NCBI RefSeq assembly: GCF_000737315.1
Contig: NZ_JMCB01000014.1
Span: 248,001 to 312,000 of the forward strand
Reading direction: 5' to 3'
Source: Hyalangium minutum
GTDB taxonomy: Bacteria > Myxococcota > Myxococcia > Myxococcales > Myxococcaceae
Length of the DNA stretch: 64,000 nucleotides
Shown: positions 28,258-36,996 of the stretch, piece by piece
Position numbering within the stretch: position 1 is the stretch's first letter
How the letters are laid out: every line of letters begins with the position of its first letter
Notes under the pieces: model-generated
Database searches by the model: none
The model's input: the letters and a program-made list of their open reading frames with translations, nothing else
What the model was told of the DNA's origin: nothing
Made by a program: the position numbers and the translations under genes

Positions 28258-29307
28258 CTAGACCCTGTCCTGAATCAAAGTTCAGGACTGTCCTCTTCCA
28301 GCGGCTGTCCCGCATCAGGAATTGTTGGCTTCAGTGTCGTAGGGACAGGCCATGTCTCGAGTGGTGGGCCAACCCTGCTTGGCTACTCAGGCGTCTACGA
28401 GAGCGTAGGGGGAGGCTGGACCCCAGGGGGCGGAACCTTCATCGCGCCCTGCCCAGGTCTCTATTCCTTTACCATCTCCTTCGTGAAGGACGCTTACTAC
28501 CAGGGTGGAACGACGAGCGATGTGTTTGTGCACATCCATCACAATGGAATTGACAAGGGATATGCCTGGAGCGGCGCGGGCGCTGGAAACCGTGACACTG
28601 GGACCTACAGCCTCGTCCTCCTTCTCAACCAGGGGGACTATGTCCAAACATTCGTCAGCAGCGGCTCTGGCGGTGCAACTCGTCACCTCATGAGATACAA
28701 CTTCACGGGCCACTTGGTAAAGTCAGCTCTCAAGGCAAGCTGTCGAGAGATTCTGGAGAGCGGGATGTCGACCGGTAGCGGTGTGTACCAGGTCGATATC
28801 GACGACGCCGGTCCTCTGAACCCCATTGGGGTTTACTGTGATATGACAACGGATGGTGGCGGCTGGACGCTGATGATGAACCAGAGTCCGTCCGAGCGCC
28901 TGCCTTACGATTTCTCCACCATCAATTCACAGAATTTCGGCAGTCTGACTGCGAGTTACCGGTTGGGCGCCAGCGCCATCAGGGCCCTGAGGCCAACGGT
29001 CGCCTGGGTTCTGACGGATGACACCAATCGAGTCTATTTCCGGCCAAGTTGCGTGGTAGATTGGGAGAACAGCCTACACAACAAGCCGATCGGCCCCTGC
29101 AGCCAAGGGTTTACTTCTCGCTCCTTCTCGACTCCTGTGTCACCGGTGACAACCGCCAATGGCAGTATGGGCATCGGCCAGAACAACGCTGGGCAGTATT
29201 GCAGCATCCGGGCCTTCATGTTCAACCTGGATCCGAGTTGGCCTCCCGGAGCTGCGATCAGTTGCGCGGGAACTACGAGTCAAACCGTTCGGCTGTGGTT
29301 CAAGTAG
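28258..29307 (+). pseudogene. 3' part of a secreted protein with a C1q-like domain plus a fibrinogen-related domain
   Basis: C1q pattern GGTFIAPCPGLYSF...LVLLLNQGDYV...FTGHLV. FReD motif SCREIL..G.STGSGVY.VD...VYCDMTTDGGGWTL. Confidence 0.8.
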
Positions 29308-29435
29308 TCCAAGGACTTCCCTCACGCGCTTGGGCATGGCTCTTGTCCATCTGCGTCTGAGTCTGCCCCGGTTTTCGTACCGGGGCAGGACTGGTGGCCG
29401 CGCACGGCTCCAGTTCTTGGCCGACCGTGCCGGAC

Positions 29436-31244
29436 TCACGGCCAGTAACGGACGGGGAAAGCGCTCGACTCTCGCGGCAGGATCACCTCCCCTGGCTTGG
29501 ATTCAAACGTCTTGAAGAGCCCTGTATGCGGGTCAGCCAGCACGAAGCAGACGGGGAACCGGACACCATCCGGCAGAAGGACCTCGGTGTAGCGGCCCAT
29601 GACCGCCGGCTCCCCCTCCTTCGTGAGCCCCTCCGTCCAGAGTTGCCCGTAGAGGAGAGTCCCCTCGGGCAAGGGGTTTGAGTCAAAGACTCCCTTCACC
29701 ACCTTGCTGACGATGGGCCCCGGCCGGTAGACGCCCTGTTGTGACGCCCACCCGGGCTGGTTGATGTCGATGACCACCGCCACGGAGTGCGCCCCGCTGA
29801 AGAGTCTCCTCTCATCCATGCTCCGGAGCGCCTCTTGGGGGCAGGCCTCCGACATCGGCCGCACCTGGGGGGCCGCGCATCCCACGCTGAAGGTGGTGCA
29901 CAGCCAGGCGATGGTGGCCCTCACGGGCCGGGAGTTGCGAACGGTGGACACGAACGGGTTTCCTTTCTCGGAGACAGCGGGAGAAGCAGGGACCGGCGTG
30001 CGCCACACCTGCCAGGCCACGAAGAGCACCAGGCCCAACAGCAACGCCCCCGCTCCCCCGCCGATTCTCCTCCATCTCCGCTTGCGGCGGGCGGCCTCCT
30101 CATCGGCGAGCTGCAGCTGGCCATGGATCTCTCGGGTGAGGAAGGACAGCTGCTCCACAGCCTGCTCCCGAGACAACTCCTCCGGTGGCTCCTTCTGGGC
30201 CTCCTGGGCCCTGCGCTCGGCCTCCCGCTTCTGGAGGCGGCGCTCCTCCAGTTCCTCCAGAGTCGCCGGGGCGGGGCCCTCGGGGGGAAGCTCCACAGGC
30301 ACCTTCCAGGCCGGCGTGGAGCGCTCCTTGGCCGCCTCCCAGAGGGCCTGGAGCAGGGCCTCGGCGCTCGGGTAGCGATCCTCCGGCCGCTTCTCGAGCA
30401 GCTTCAGCGTGATGCGGCTCAGCGACTCGGGCACCTCGGGGTTGATGTGATGAGGCGCGCGCGGCACCACGGTCTCGATGGCCACCAGCAGCTCGTCTTT
30501 CGTCAACCGGGGATTGAAGGGCCAGCCGTCTGTGAGGGCCTCGTACATGAAGACCCCTACCTGGTAGAGGTCTCCCGTGGCGTCCGCGTTGAACCGGGCG
30601 CCCTCCCTCCACGCACCCTGGCGAATGAAGGCAATGCACTCGGGCGGCAGCGCATGGGGCGTGCCCGGCGCCAGCCCCACGGTGAGCGTGGAGCCCCCCG
30701 GCAGCCAGGCGCTGCCCAGGTCCACCAGCACCGGCTTGTTGTCCTCCGGGTTGATGATGACGTGCTCGCTCTTGAAGTCCCGGATGAGGACGCCGCGCCT
30801 GTGCAGCCGGGCCACCGCGCGCACCACTTCGATGAACACGTCCACGAGCTGGGCGGCGGTGGGACGGACCTGCGCGCGCCACGCATGGAAGGGCCCTCCC
30901 GGCACGAAGTCCGTGACGAAGTAGAAGTAGTCCTTGGTGGAGTGCGGCCACCGGCCGACCTCGCGCAGGTGAGGCAGCCCTGGATGGCTCGTGTTCGCCA
31001 TGAGGATGGCGGCCTCATGGTACATGCGCCCGTCCACCTGCCGCTCCTCCAGGGTCTTCTCAGAGGTTTCCTGGGGCAGCTCCGGCGCTGGCCGCACCGC
31101 CATCTTCAACGTGAAGAAAGCCCCATCCCGCTCGGCCTTGAAGGCATGGCCGAAGGTGCCGCTGCCCAGCGACTCGACGATGCGCCAGGTGCCCACCATG
31201 TCCCCGGGCTTGAGGTGATCCGGGTGAAAAGTCTCTGTCGTCAT
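29436..31244 (-). CDS. Membrane-anchored Ser/Thr protein kinase (DUF2381-associated type)
   Basis: GSGTFG, TLKMA, IRDFKSEH, LVDLG, GTPHALPPE; coiled coil, TM helix and a C-terminal extracytoplasmic domain. True start is ATG 31244 (MTTETFHPDHL). Confidence 0.9.
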   Translation of the reverse strand: MTTETFHPDHLKPGDMVGTWRIVESLGSGTFGHAFKAERDGAFFTLKMAVRPAPELPQETSEKTLEERQVDGRMYHEAAILMANTSHPGLPHLREVGRWPHSTKDYFYFVTDFVPGGPFHAWRAQVRPTAAQLVDVFIEVVRAVARLHRRGVLIRDFKSEHVIINPEDNKPVLVDLGSAWLPGGSTLTVGLAPGTPHALPPECIAFIRQGAWREGARFNADATGDLYQVGVFMYEALTDGWPFNPRLTKDELLVAIETVVPRAPHHINPEVPESLSRITLKLLEKRPEDRYPSAEALLQALWEAAKERSTPAWKVPVELPPEGPAPATLEELEERRLQKREAERRAQEAQKEPPEELSREQAVEQLSFLTREIHGQLQLADEEAARRKRRWRRIGGGAGALLLGLVLFVAWQVWRTPVPASPAVSEKGNPFVSTVRNSRPVRATIAWLCTTFSVGCAAPQVRPMSEACPQEALRSMDERRLFSGAHSVAVVIDINQPGWASQQGVYRPGPIVSKVVKGVFDSNPLPEGTLLYGQLWTEGLTKEGEPAVMGRYTEVLLPDGVRFPVCFVLADPHTGLFKTFESKPGEVILPRESSAFPVRYWP

Positions 31245-31252
31245 GGGTGGGG

Positions 31253-32121
31253 CTATTGCTTCATCAGGTGGATGGAAAAGCGGTGCTCGCCGCTGGTATC
31301 CGAGAGCACCACGTGGAAGGTCTGACGGGTCGCCCAGGGTGGCGTCTCCGCCTCCACCACCACGAGCCCCTGCTCGCCAGGCGCCAACCGCATCGGCTTC
31401 ATCGCCACCGAGAGCACCTTCACCGGCACGGCTCCGGGCACGATGATGCTCGCCGCCCCCGGCCCCAGGGCTGTAGGCCCAGGTTGTGCAGCTTGATGGC
31501 GACCAGCGCGGAGGATGTGCTCTGGTAGCCAAAGGCCTGTTGCACCACCAGCCCACGGGCATCGGCCACAGGGGACTTCGCCTCCAGACGCAAAGGACCA
31601 CTTGCCGCGGTGAGCCACCCCGCCAACATGAGTCCCACAGGCCCGCTTCCCTCGCACCGGACCTTGAGCGACTCCAGCTCCGCTTCCTTCTGCGTGAGGG
31701 CCGCCAGCAGAGCCTCGGGGGTGTTCGCCCGCCGGTCCACCTCCACCTTCCCGTCCACCACGTCCACCTTGGAGACGACCGCGAGCACGGCCTTCGCAGG
31801 CAGGGCCTTGTCCTTGAAGCCCACCTGAAGGATGAGCCGCTCCCCAGTACCCAGGTCCGTGAAGGGCTCCAGGGCAAGGATGCGGTCACCGACGTCCACC
31901 CACCTGAAGCGGGTGCGGTCCACCACGAGGCTGTCGCGGTCCAGCGGGCCGTTGAAGGCCACCAGGGTGAGGTTTCCCGCGGCGACGTACAGCTCGGGGA
32001 CGGGTTCGGCGGAGGTGGTGGGCAGCGCGGCCCGCCGATCCTGGCGCTGGCGGGCGGGAAGTGGGGGCTGGGCGGCCGCAGCGCTCGCCTCCAGGAGGAG
32101 GGCCAGCAGAAGCCACTTCAT
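31253..32121 (-). pseudogene. DUF2381-family protein with a 1-nt frameshift near 31465
   Basis: Signal peptide; PELYVAAGNLTLVAFNGPLDR, LALEP, VDGKVEVDR. After LQPWG the homologous tail (PGAASI...LAPGEQGLVVVEAE) continues in another frame at a G-rich tract. Confidence 0.8.
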
Positions 32122-32218
32122 GGGTAGGGACACAGAAGGAGAACCTCCAAGGTCACTACCCTACCCCCCGGAGAAGAACGGTGCCAGCGACGTACCGCTC
32201 CCCTCCCAGAGTTCCTCC

Positions 32219-32313
32219 GCGCAGACTTCCGACTCAGTCGGAACTGGCCCACGGCGTGTTGCCCCTGCCCGCTGAGCGGCGAGCGCAGACTTCCGACTCA
32301 GTCGGAACTGGCC
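32219..32313. promoter_or_regulatory. Two identical 31-bp direct repeats (64-bp period), each with palindrome TTCCGACT-C-AGTCGGAA
   Basis: GCGCAGACTTCCGACTCAGTCGGAACTGGCC at 32219-32249 and 32283-32313. Confidence 0.75.
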
Positions 32314-32338
32314 ATCAGGCCCGCGAGCCGGAGGCACC

Positions 32339-32514
32339 GTCCACGTTCGTGGACTGCACCTGTCGGGTGCGGGGGGAACCCACCCTCGTTGATTCAAGGC
32401 TTTACACAGCCCCCTCGGTGATTTGCTTTGAGCTACAACCTCGTAAGCCTCTGATATCTCCGCTCTTTTTTGTGAACGTCTCTCCGCGCGGACGAATCGT
32501 CCGCGTTCGTGGAC
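32339..32514. promoter_or_regulatory. Second palindrome family GTCC(A/G)CG-TT-CGTGGAC (32339-32354, 32499-32514) plus CGCGGACGA-A-TCGTCCGCG (32487-32505)
   Basis: Perfect or near-perfect inverted repeats with 1-2 nt centres in a divergent intergenic region. Confidence 0.6.
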
Positions 32515-32611
32515 CTCCTGGAAGGCTGTTTCTCGCAAGTCCCTGTTTTCGCAGGCGCCCAGGCGTTGGCCCGCCGCGTGCTCTGGGGATGTTTCGCCGC
32601 GAACACACGCG

Positions 32612-32636
32612 GCGGGAACGCATGGTGCGTTCCCGC
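32612..32636 (+). promoter_or_regulatory. 11-bp stem-loop immediately 5' of the SD of the 32651 gene
   Basis: GCGGGAACGCA-TGG-TGCGTTCCCGC followed by AGGAG (32637-32641). Confidence 0.5.
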
Positions 32637-32650
32637 AGGAGAACCCTCGC

Positions 32651-33187
32651 ATGTTCAATCTGTTGAAGATCCCAGGAGCCGCTCGCGCCATTTCGGAGAG
32701 CCCCCCCGTCCACCGCGCCATCCCGGAGGGCACCCCGCTGGAGCAGCTGCGCAAAGAGCTGCTCGAGCTGTTCGCCCAGGAGAACTCCAACCACCACCGC
32801 ATGGGGGAGATCTACAACCACATCGTGGACCAGCGGCTGGCAGAGAAGGCTGGGTACAAGGACGCCCCGGAGTACTTCAGCAAGCACCTGGCGGACCTGT
32901 CCCAGTCGACGCTGAGCACGTACGGGGCGGTGGCCCGCGTGTTCAGCGAGCCGGTGGCGCGGCGCTTCGGCGTCACGTGCCTGCAGCTGTTGCTCCGCTA
33001 CAAGGAGATCGCCGACCTGGAGGTGAACCCCGCGGAGCCGGGCCCCACGCCCATCGAGGTGCCGGACGAGAAGGGCGTGGTGTCCACGCTGCCGTTCTCG
33101 CAGTGCAGCGTGGAGCAGATGCGCCGGGCGCTGCAGCGCAAGCCGGCCTCCACCAAGCCGCTGCCGCCGGAAGTCCAGCCGTCCTGA
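32651..33187 (+). CDS. Conserved-type myxobacterial helical hypothetical protein, possibly C-terminally truncated
   Basis: AGGAG RBS; NHHRMGEIYNHIVDQRLAEKAGY, FGVTCLQLLLRY, PFSQCSVEQMRRAL. Ends abruptly at LPPEVQPS. Confidence 0.7.
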   Translation: MFNLLKIPGAARAISESPPVHRAIPEGTPLEQLRKELLELFAQENSNHHRMGEIYNHIVDQRLAEKAGYKDAPEYFSKHLADLSQSTLSTYGAVARVFSEPVARRFGVTCLQLLLRYKEIADLEVNPAEPGPTPIEVPDEKGVVSTLPFSQCSVEQMRRALQRKPASTKPLPPEVQPS

Positions 33188-33211
33188 GGCCAGGTTCGTG
33201 AGTCACAGCCC

Positions 33212-33244
33212 CGCGTTCCGGAAGCCCGGGACGCGAGCTTTTTT
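33212..33244 (+). terminator. Intrinsic terminator
   Basis: CGCGTTCCGG-AAGC-CCGGGACGCG followed by a T6 run. Confidence 0.65.
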
Positions 33245-33286
33245 CCGCCTTCTCTGCTGTGAAACCAGGGGTGCCTCCTGACATCT

Positions 33287-34024
33287 TCAATCCCTACGCT
33301 CTTCCGCTCTGACGCCGCGCACTGGCAGTTCGCGGAAGGCAATGTCTTGCTCGTAGCCCAGCCGCCGCACTGCCTCGACGAAGCGCTCCGTGGCGATGAT
33401 CATCGTCAGAAAACCGGCCAGCCTGACTTGAGGCAGCGTCTCTGCGTCGAGAAGCGGCTCTGAGGGGCGCGTCCAGCCCTGACGACCACACTTCGAGCAG
33501 GGAGCTGGCCGGTCTGGGGGAAGACAGTCTGGGTGAAGTTGGCCGTATGGCAGCAACTCCATCTCCAGCAACTCCGGCGGGTTCTTCTTTCGGAAGCGAA
33601 GTTCTGTGCGGTACCCCTTGAGGCCTCGCAGCCCCTCTTTCTGAAGCCGCTCCAACGGCTCGGGCTGCATAAGCAGTGTCCACGCGTGATGGAGGACCAA
33701 CGGAGCAAACTCTCCTTGGGCCGACCCCACCATGGGTCCCAGGTTGGTCCCTGGCCAGAGCGGAATGCCAGGCGGCATCAAAGGACGGAGCTGTTCGCGC
33801 AACCGCTCGAACTCCGCGTAGTCCTCCTCCAACCGGGCCGAGTACTTCTTCTGTTCCTTGACGGGCAATGGGGACAGATCGACCGACGGGTAAGCATCTG
33901 TTCCTGTGGACCAGCGCGCATCACACGCAGGGCAGTGCGTACCCGGCAGGTACCATTTGTGACCATACGTGTGCGTGCCCAAGTAACGCGGGTCCGGAAC
34001 GTCATCCAACACGTAGAATCGCAT
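33287..34024 (-). CDS. Double-CXXCG motif protein (SitI6-type immunity protein)
   Basis: MRFY...KWYLPGTHCPACDARW...AYPSVDLS, LWPGTNLGPMVG, ELRFRKKNPPELLEMEL, CSKCGR, IIATERFVEAVRRL. Confidence 0.8.
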   Translation of the reverse strand: MRFYVLDDVPDPRYLGTHTYGHKWYLPGTHCPACDARWSTGTDAYPSVDLSPLPVKEQKKYSARLEEDYAEFERLREQLRPLMPPGIPLWPGTNLGPMVGSAQGEFAPLVLHHAWTLLMQPEPLERLQKEGLRGLKGYRTELRFRKKNPPELLEMELLPYGQLHPDCLPPDRPAPCSKCGRQGWTRPSEPLLDAETLPQVRLAGFLTMIIATERFVEAVRRLGYEQDIAFRELPVRGVRAEERRD

Positions 34025-34029
34025 GGCTC

Positions 34030-34085
34030 TCAATACCCAGGCGGCATCGACTGCGGCAGCCGCTTGCGATACAGGCTCCCCAGCG
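34030..34085 (-). pseudogene. Probable C-terminal scar of a SitA6/DUF2380-type toxin gene
   Basis: LGSLYRKRLPQSMPPGY-TGA ends 5 nt before the immunity ATG. It resembles recalled toxin tails (..Y.RQLPQ....GY). Confidence 0.4.
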
Positions 34086-34223
34086 CCCCATATTGTCCAC
34101 CCCCGCCATGAGACCGCTGGGTGCGCACGGGGCAAACCTGTCGGACAGCTTGACAGGTTCGGCCAAGGACACGGGTCGTGGGGGCCTCCTTCCGGGCACG
34201 CCCCTGGCCGTGGCGGGCAGAGC

Positions 34224-35609
34224 TCAACCCGCGGTGATAAAGGCATCGTGCACGGCGTTCAGCCCGGCCACGGCTTGCTCTTCTTTGACCACGCAGCTGA
34301 TGTTTATCTCCGAGGCGCCCTGGGAGATCATCTCGATGTTCACCCCAGCGGTGCCCAGGGTGGAGAACATCTTGCCCGCGGTTCCGGTGGCCAGCTTCAT
34401 TCCCTCGCCGACGATGGCGAGGATCGCGTGCCCCGGCGTCAGCTCGACGGTGCCGAACTCCCCGAGCGCCGCGCGAACCCTCTCCGGCTCGGCGAGCCGC
34501 TCGATGGTGCAGGAGATGCTGACCTCGCTCGTCGAGACGAGATCGACCACCACGCCGTGCTCCGCCAGAGCGATGAAGACGCGCGACAGGAAGCCATAGG
34601 CGTTGTACATGCGGTTCGAGGTGATGTTGAGCACGGAGACGCCCCGCTTCACCGTCACGGCCGTGATGCGGCCCGCCTTCTCGGCCGGCGACGCGGCGAT
34701 CACCGTGCCCTCGGCATCAGGCTTGAAGCTGTTCTTGATCCGGATCGGCACGTTGGCCGAGACGACGCGCTCCATGGTGAACGGGTGGAGCACTTCGGAG
34801 CCGAAGTAGGTCAGCTCGGCGGCCTCGGCGGGAGAGATGCGCGAGAGCACGCGCGCGCTCGGCACCTTGCGTGGATCGGCGGTGAAGATGCCGTCGACCT
34901 CCTTCCACACCTGCAGCTCATCGACCTGCTCACGGCCCAGGCCGGCAGCGATCATCGCGGTGGTGAAGTCGGTGTAGCCTCGGCCGACCGCGGCGAGCAG
35001 TCCTCCGGGCACCGGGCCGAAGAAGCCCGTGACCACTGGCACCTCTCCTCCGCGCGGCCGGCACTTCTCGCCGAGCTGGCCTTGCAACCGGCGGAAGAAG
35101 GCAGGGTTCACGGCCGTCTCGTCGTGGGAGATGACGTGCGCCAGGTCGGTGAACACGGCCTTCACGCCGCGATCGTTCAGCACTGCGGTGAGGATGCGCG
35201 CCGAGAGCTTCTCGCCCACCGCGAGCACGTTGTCCTGCGAGCGCGGCGACAGCTCACGGATGACCGAGATGGCGTCGAGGAAGTTCTTCAGCCGGGTGAG
35301 CTCGTCGGTGACGAATTGCTTCGCCTCGTCGCGGAGCGCGGCATCGCGGACGCTGTCACCGAGCGCCTTGAAGTGGTTCTGCTCGATCAGCTCGAGCTCG
35401 CGCGCGAACGGAGCGCCCTGGCGCGCGGCGTCGGCCGCGGCGAGCAACAGGCTCGTGGTGCCTTCGCTCTTGGTGGTGCCGCTCATCGCCGAGACCACGA
35501 CGATCACAGGTTGCTTGGCCAACGTGCGCTCGACGATTCCGGCGACGTTCTGCATCCGCTCGCCGTTGCCAACGCTGGTCCCTCCGAACTTCTGAACGAT
35601 GATGCCCAT
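34224..35609 (-). CDS. lysC: Monofunctional aspartate kinase with two ACT domains (fungal Hom3-like subtype)
   Basis: VQKFGGTSVG, TKSEGTTSLLL, GEKLS, GRGYTD, ELQVWKEVDGIFTADPRKVP, ELTYFGSEVLHPFTME, NIEMISQGASEINISCVV. Confidence 0.95.
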   Translation of the reverse strand: MGIIVQKFGGTSVGNGERMQNVAGIVERTLAKQPVIVVVSAMSGTTKSEGTTSLLLAAADAARQGAPFARELELIEQNHFKALGDSVRDAALRDEAKQFVTDELTRLKNFLDAISVIRELSPRSQDNVLAVGEKLSARILTAVLNDRGVKAVFTDLAHVISHDETAVNPAFFRRLQGQLGEKCRPRGGEVPVVTGFFGPVPGGLLAAVGRGYTDFTTAMIAAGLGREQVDELQVWKEVDGIFTADPRKVPSARVLSRISPAEAAELTYFGSEVLHPFTMERVVSANVPIRIKNSFKPDAEGTVIAASPAEKAGRITAVTVKRGVSVLNITSNRMYNAYGFLSRVFIALAEHGVVVDLVSTSEVSISCTIERLAEPERVRAALGEFGTVELTPGHAILAIVGEGMKLATGTAGKMFSTLGTAGVNIEMISQGASEINISCVVKEEQAVAGLNAVHDAFITAG

Positions 35610-35685
35610 GCTCGAACCGAGTCCTTCCTTTCGAGCCCCCTTCTACACGATCAATAGGCCGAGGTGACGGCCATCCACTCCGAGC

Positions 35686-36738
35686 TCAGGGCAGCACGCC
35701 GGCTCGCAAGTCAGGGAAGACCTTGCCCACCTTGCCGAGCAGGTAGTCCCCATAGGTTCCACGGAAGGCGTGGACGCTCTGGCCATCCCACCGCTCGGTC
35801 TGATCATCGGCCGCGGCTTCCCCCAGGGCAGCGGCCTCGATGGGCCTCACCTCCGCGGTCCAGCTCGGGTCGAAGAAGAACGGCAGCGACAGCCGGTCCC
35901 GGCCCGCGCGGTTCAGGACCCGGTGCGGCGTGGAGCGGTAGACCCCGCGCGTCATCCGGTCGAGCATGTCGCCGATGTTGCACACGAACGAGCCAGGCAC
36001 GGGGGGTGCGTCGATCCAGCTCACCTGCCCGCCTGCGCGTGATTTGACTTGGAGCCCGCCCACGTCGTCCTGCTTGAGGATGGTGAGCACGCCATAGTCG
36101 GTGTGCTCGCCCACGCCCCAGCTGGGCTGACCATCGTCGGCGTGCTCGGGGCCGGGCGGGTAGTTGAAGATGCGGAAGAGCACGAGCGGATCCGAGGTAT
36201 AGCGCGCGGCGAAGTACTCCTCGTCCAGGCCCAGGCTGAGCGCGATGCCTCTCATGAGCGCATGGGCCAGCTGGGTGAGCGCGGCCATGTAGTCCAGCAC
36301 GGCCTCACGCAGCCCGGCAGGCTCTCGCGGGAACAGGTTGGGACCATGCAGCGGCGTGCCAGCACGCACGAGCGGGTGCTCGTCCCCCAGCTCCGCGCCG
36401 AAGTAGAGACCCTCTTTGCGATCCGGGCGTCCGGAGGTGAGCTCGCCCCCCACGGGGAAGTAGCCGCGCCAGGCCCGCCCGCCGAGCGCCATGCGGATGG
36501 CCCTCTTCTCCTCCGGCGGGAGCGCGAAGAAGCGGCGGCTCAGGTCCTCGAGGCGCTGCTGGAGCCCGGCGTCGACCCCGTGGCCGACAATGTAGAAGAA
36601 GCCATTGTCCCGACAGGCCGCGCCGATCTGGGTGGCGACCGCGAGGCGCTCGGCGACGCTCGAGGAAGGCTCCATGAGCGCACGGACATCCAGAACGGGG
36701 ACACGGGCGAACCCTTCGGCAACCGGCACGACATTCAT
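35686..36738 (-). CDS. Isopenicillin N synthase-like 2OG-Fe(II) dioxygenase
   Basis: VPVLDV, ACRDNGFFYIVGHGV, EHTDYG (HxD), GGLQV, NIGDMLDRMT.G.Y.STPHRV, RLSLPFF. Confidence 0.9.
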   Translation of the reverse strand: MNVVPVAEGFARVPVLDVRALMEPSSSVAERLAVATQIGAACRDNGFFYIVGHGVDAGLQQRLEDLSRRFFALPPEEKRAIRMALGGRAWRGYFPVGGELTSGRPDRKEGLYFGAELGDEHPLVRAGTPLHGPNLFPREPAGLREAVLDYMAALTQLAHALMRGIALSLGLDEEYFAARYTSDPLVLFRIFNYPPGPEHADDGQPSWGVGEHTDYGVLTILKQDDVGGLQVKSRAGGQVSWIDAPPVPGSFVCNIGDMLDRMTRGVYRSTPHRVLNRAGRDRLSLPFFFDPSWTAEVRPIEAAALGEAAADDQTERWDGQSVHAFRGTYGDYLLGKVGKVFPDLRAGVLP

Positions 36739-36996
36739 GGTGAGAAGCTCCTGGGGGGCGCTATTGGAGGGGACGCCCTGGTTCGGACGCAAGTCCCGCG
36801 ACACCTCCCCGGCAGTCCCAGGCTTCCGAGCCCTCACCTAAATCGACGCCCGCTCACGCGGCAACGGACTCAGGGTGGGAGACACTGGCGGGCAGACGGA
36901 TGCATAGCCGGGCCCCACCCTCTTCGCGGTTCGAGTGCAGCGTGCGAGTGTCACAGGAGTGACAGGGCAATTAAGGTGGCAGGTGGAGGACACCCC

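Noticed and set aside
31245-31889. N-terminal 215-aa extension of the kinase ORF
   Set aside because: An alternative frame over DUF2381. The kinase family start MTT..FHPD is at 31244.
32219-32313. CRISPR mini-array (31-bp palindromic repeat, 33-bp spacer)
   Set aside because: Only two repeats, no degenerate third copy at +/-64 bp, no cas genes, and no typical repeat termini. Its location in a divergent promoter favours operators.
35610-35685. Lysine riboswitch upstream of lysC
   Set aside because: Only about 76 bp are intergenic, far shorter than the aptamer. There is just a 7-bp hairpin (GCTCGAA/TTCGAGC) around the SD.
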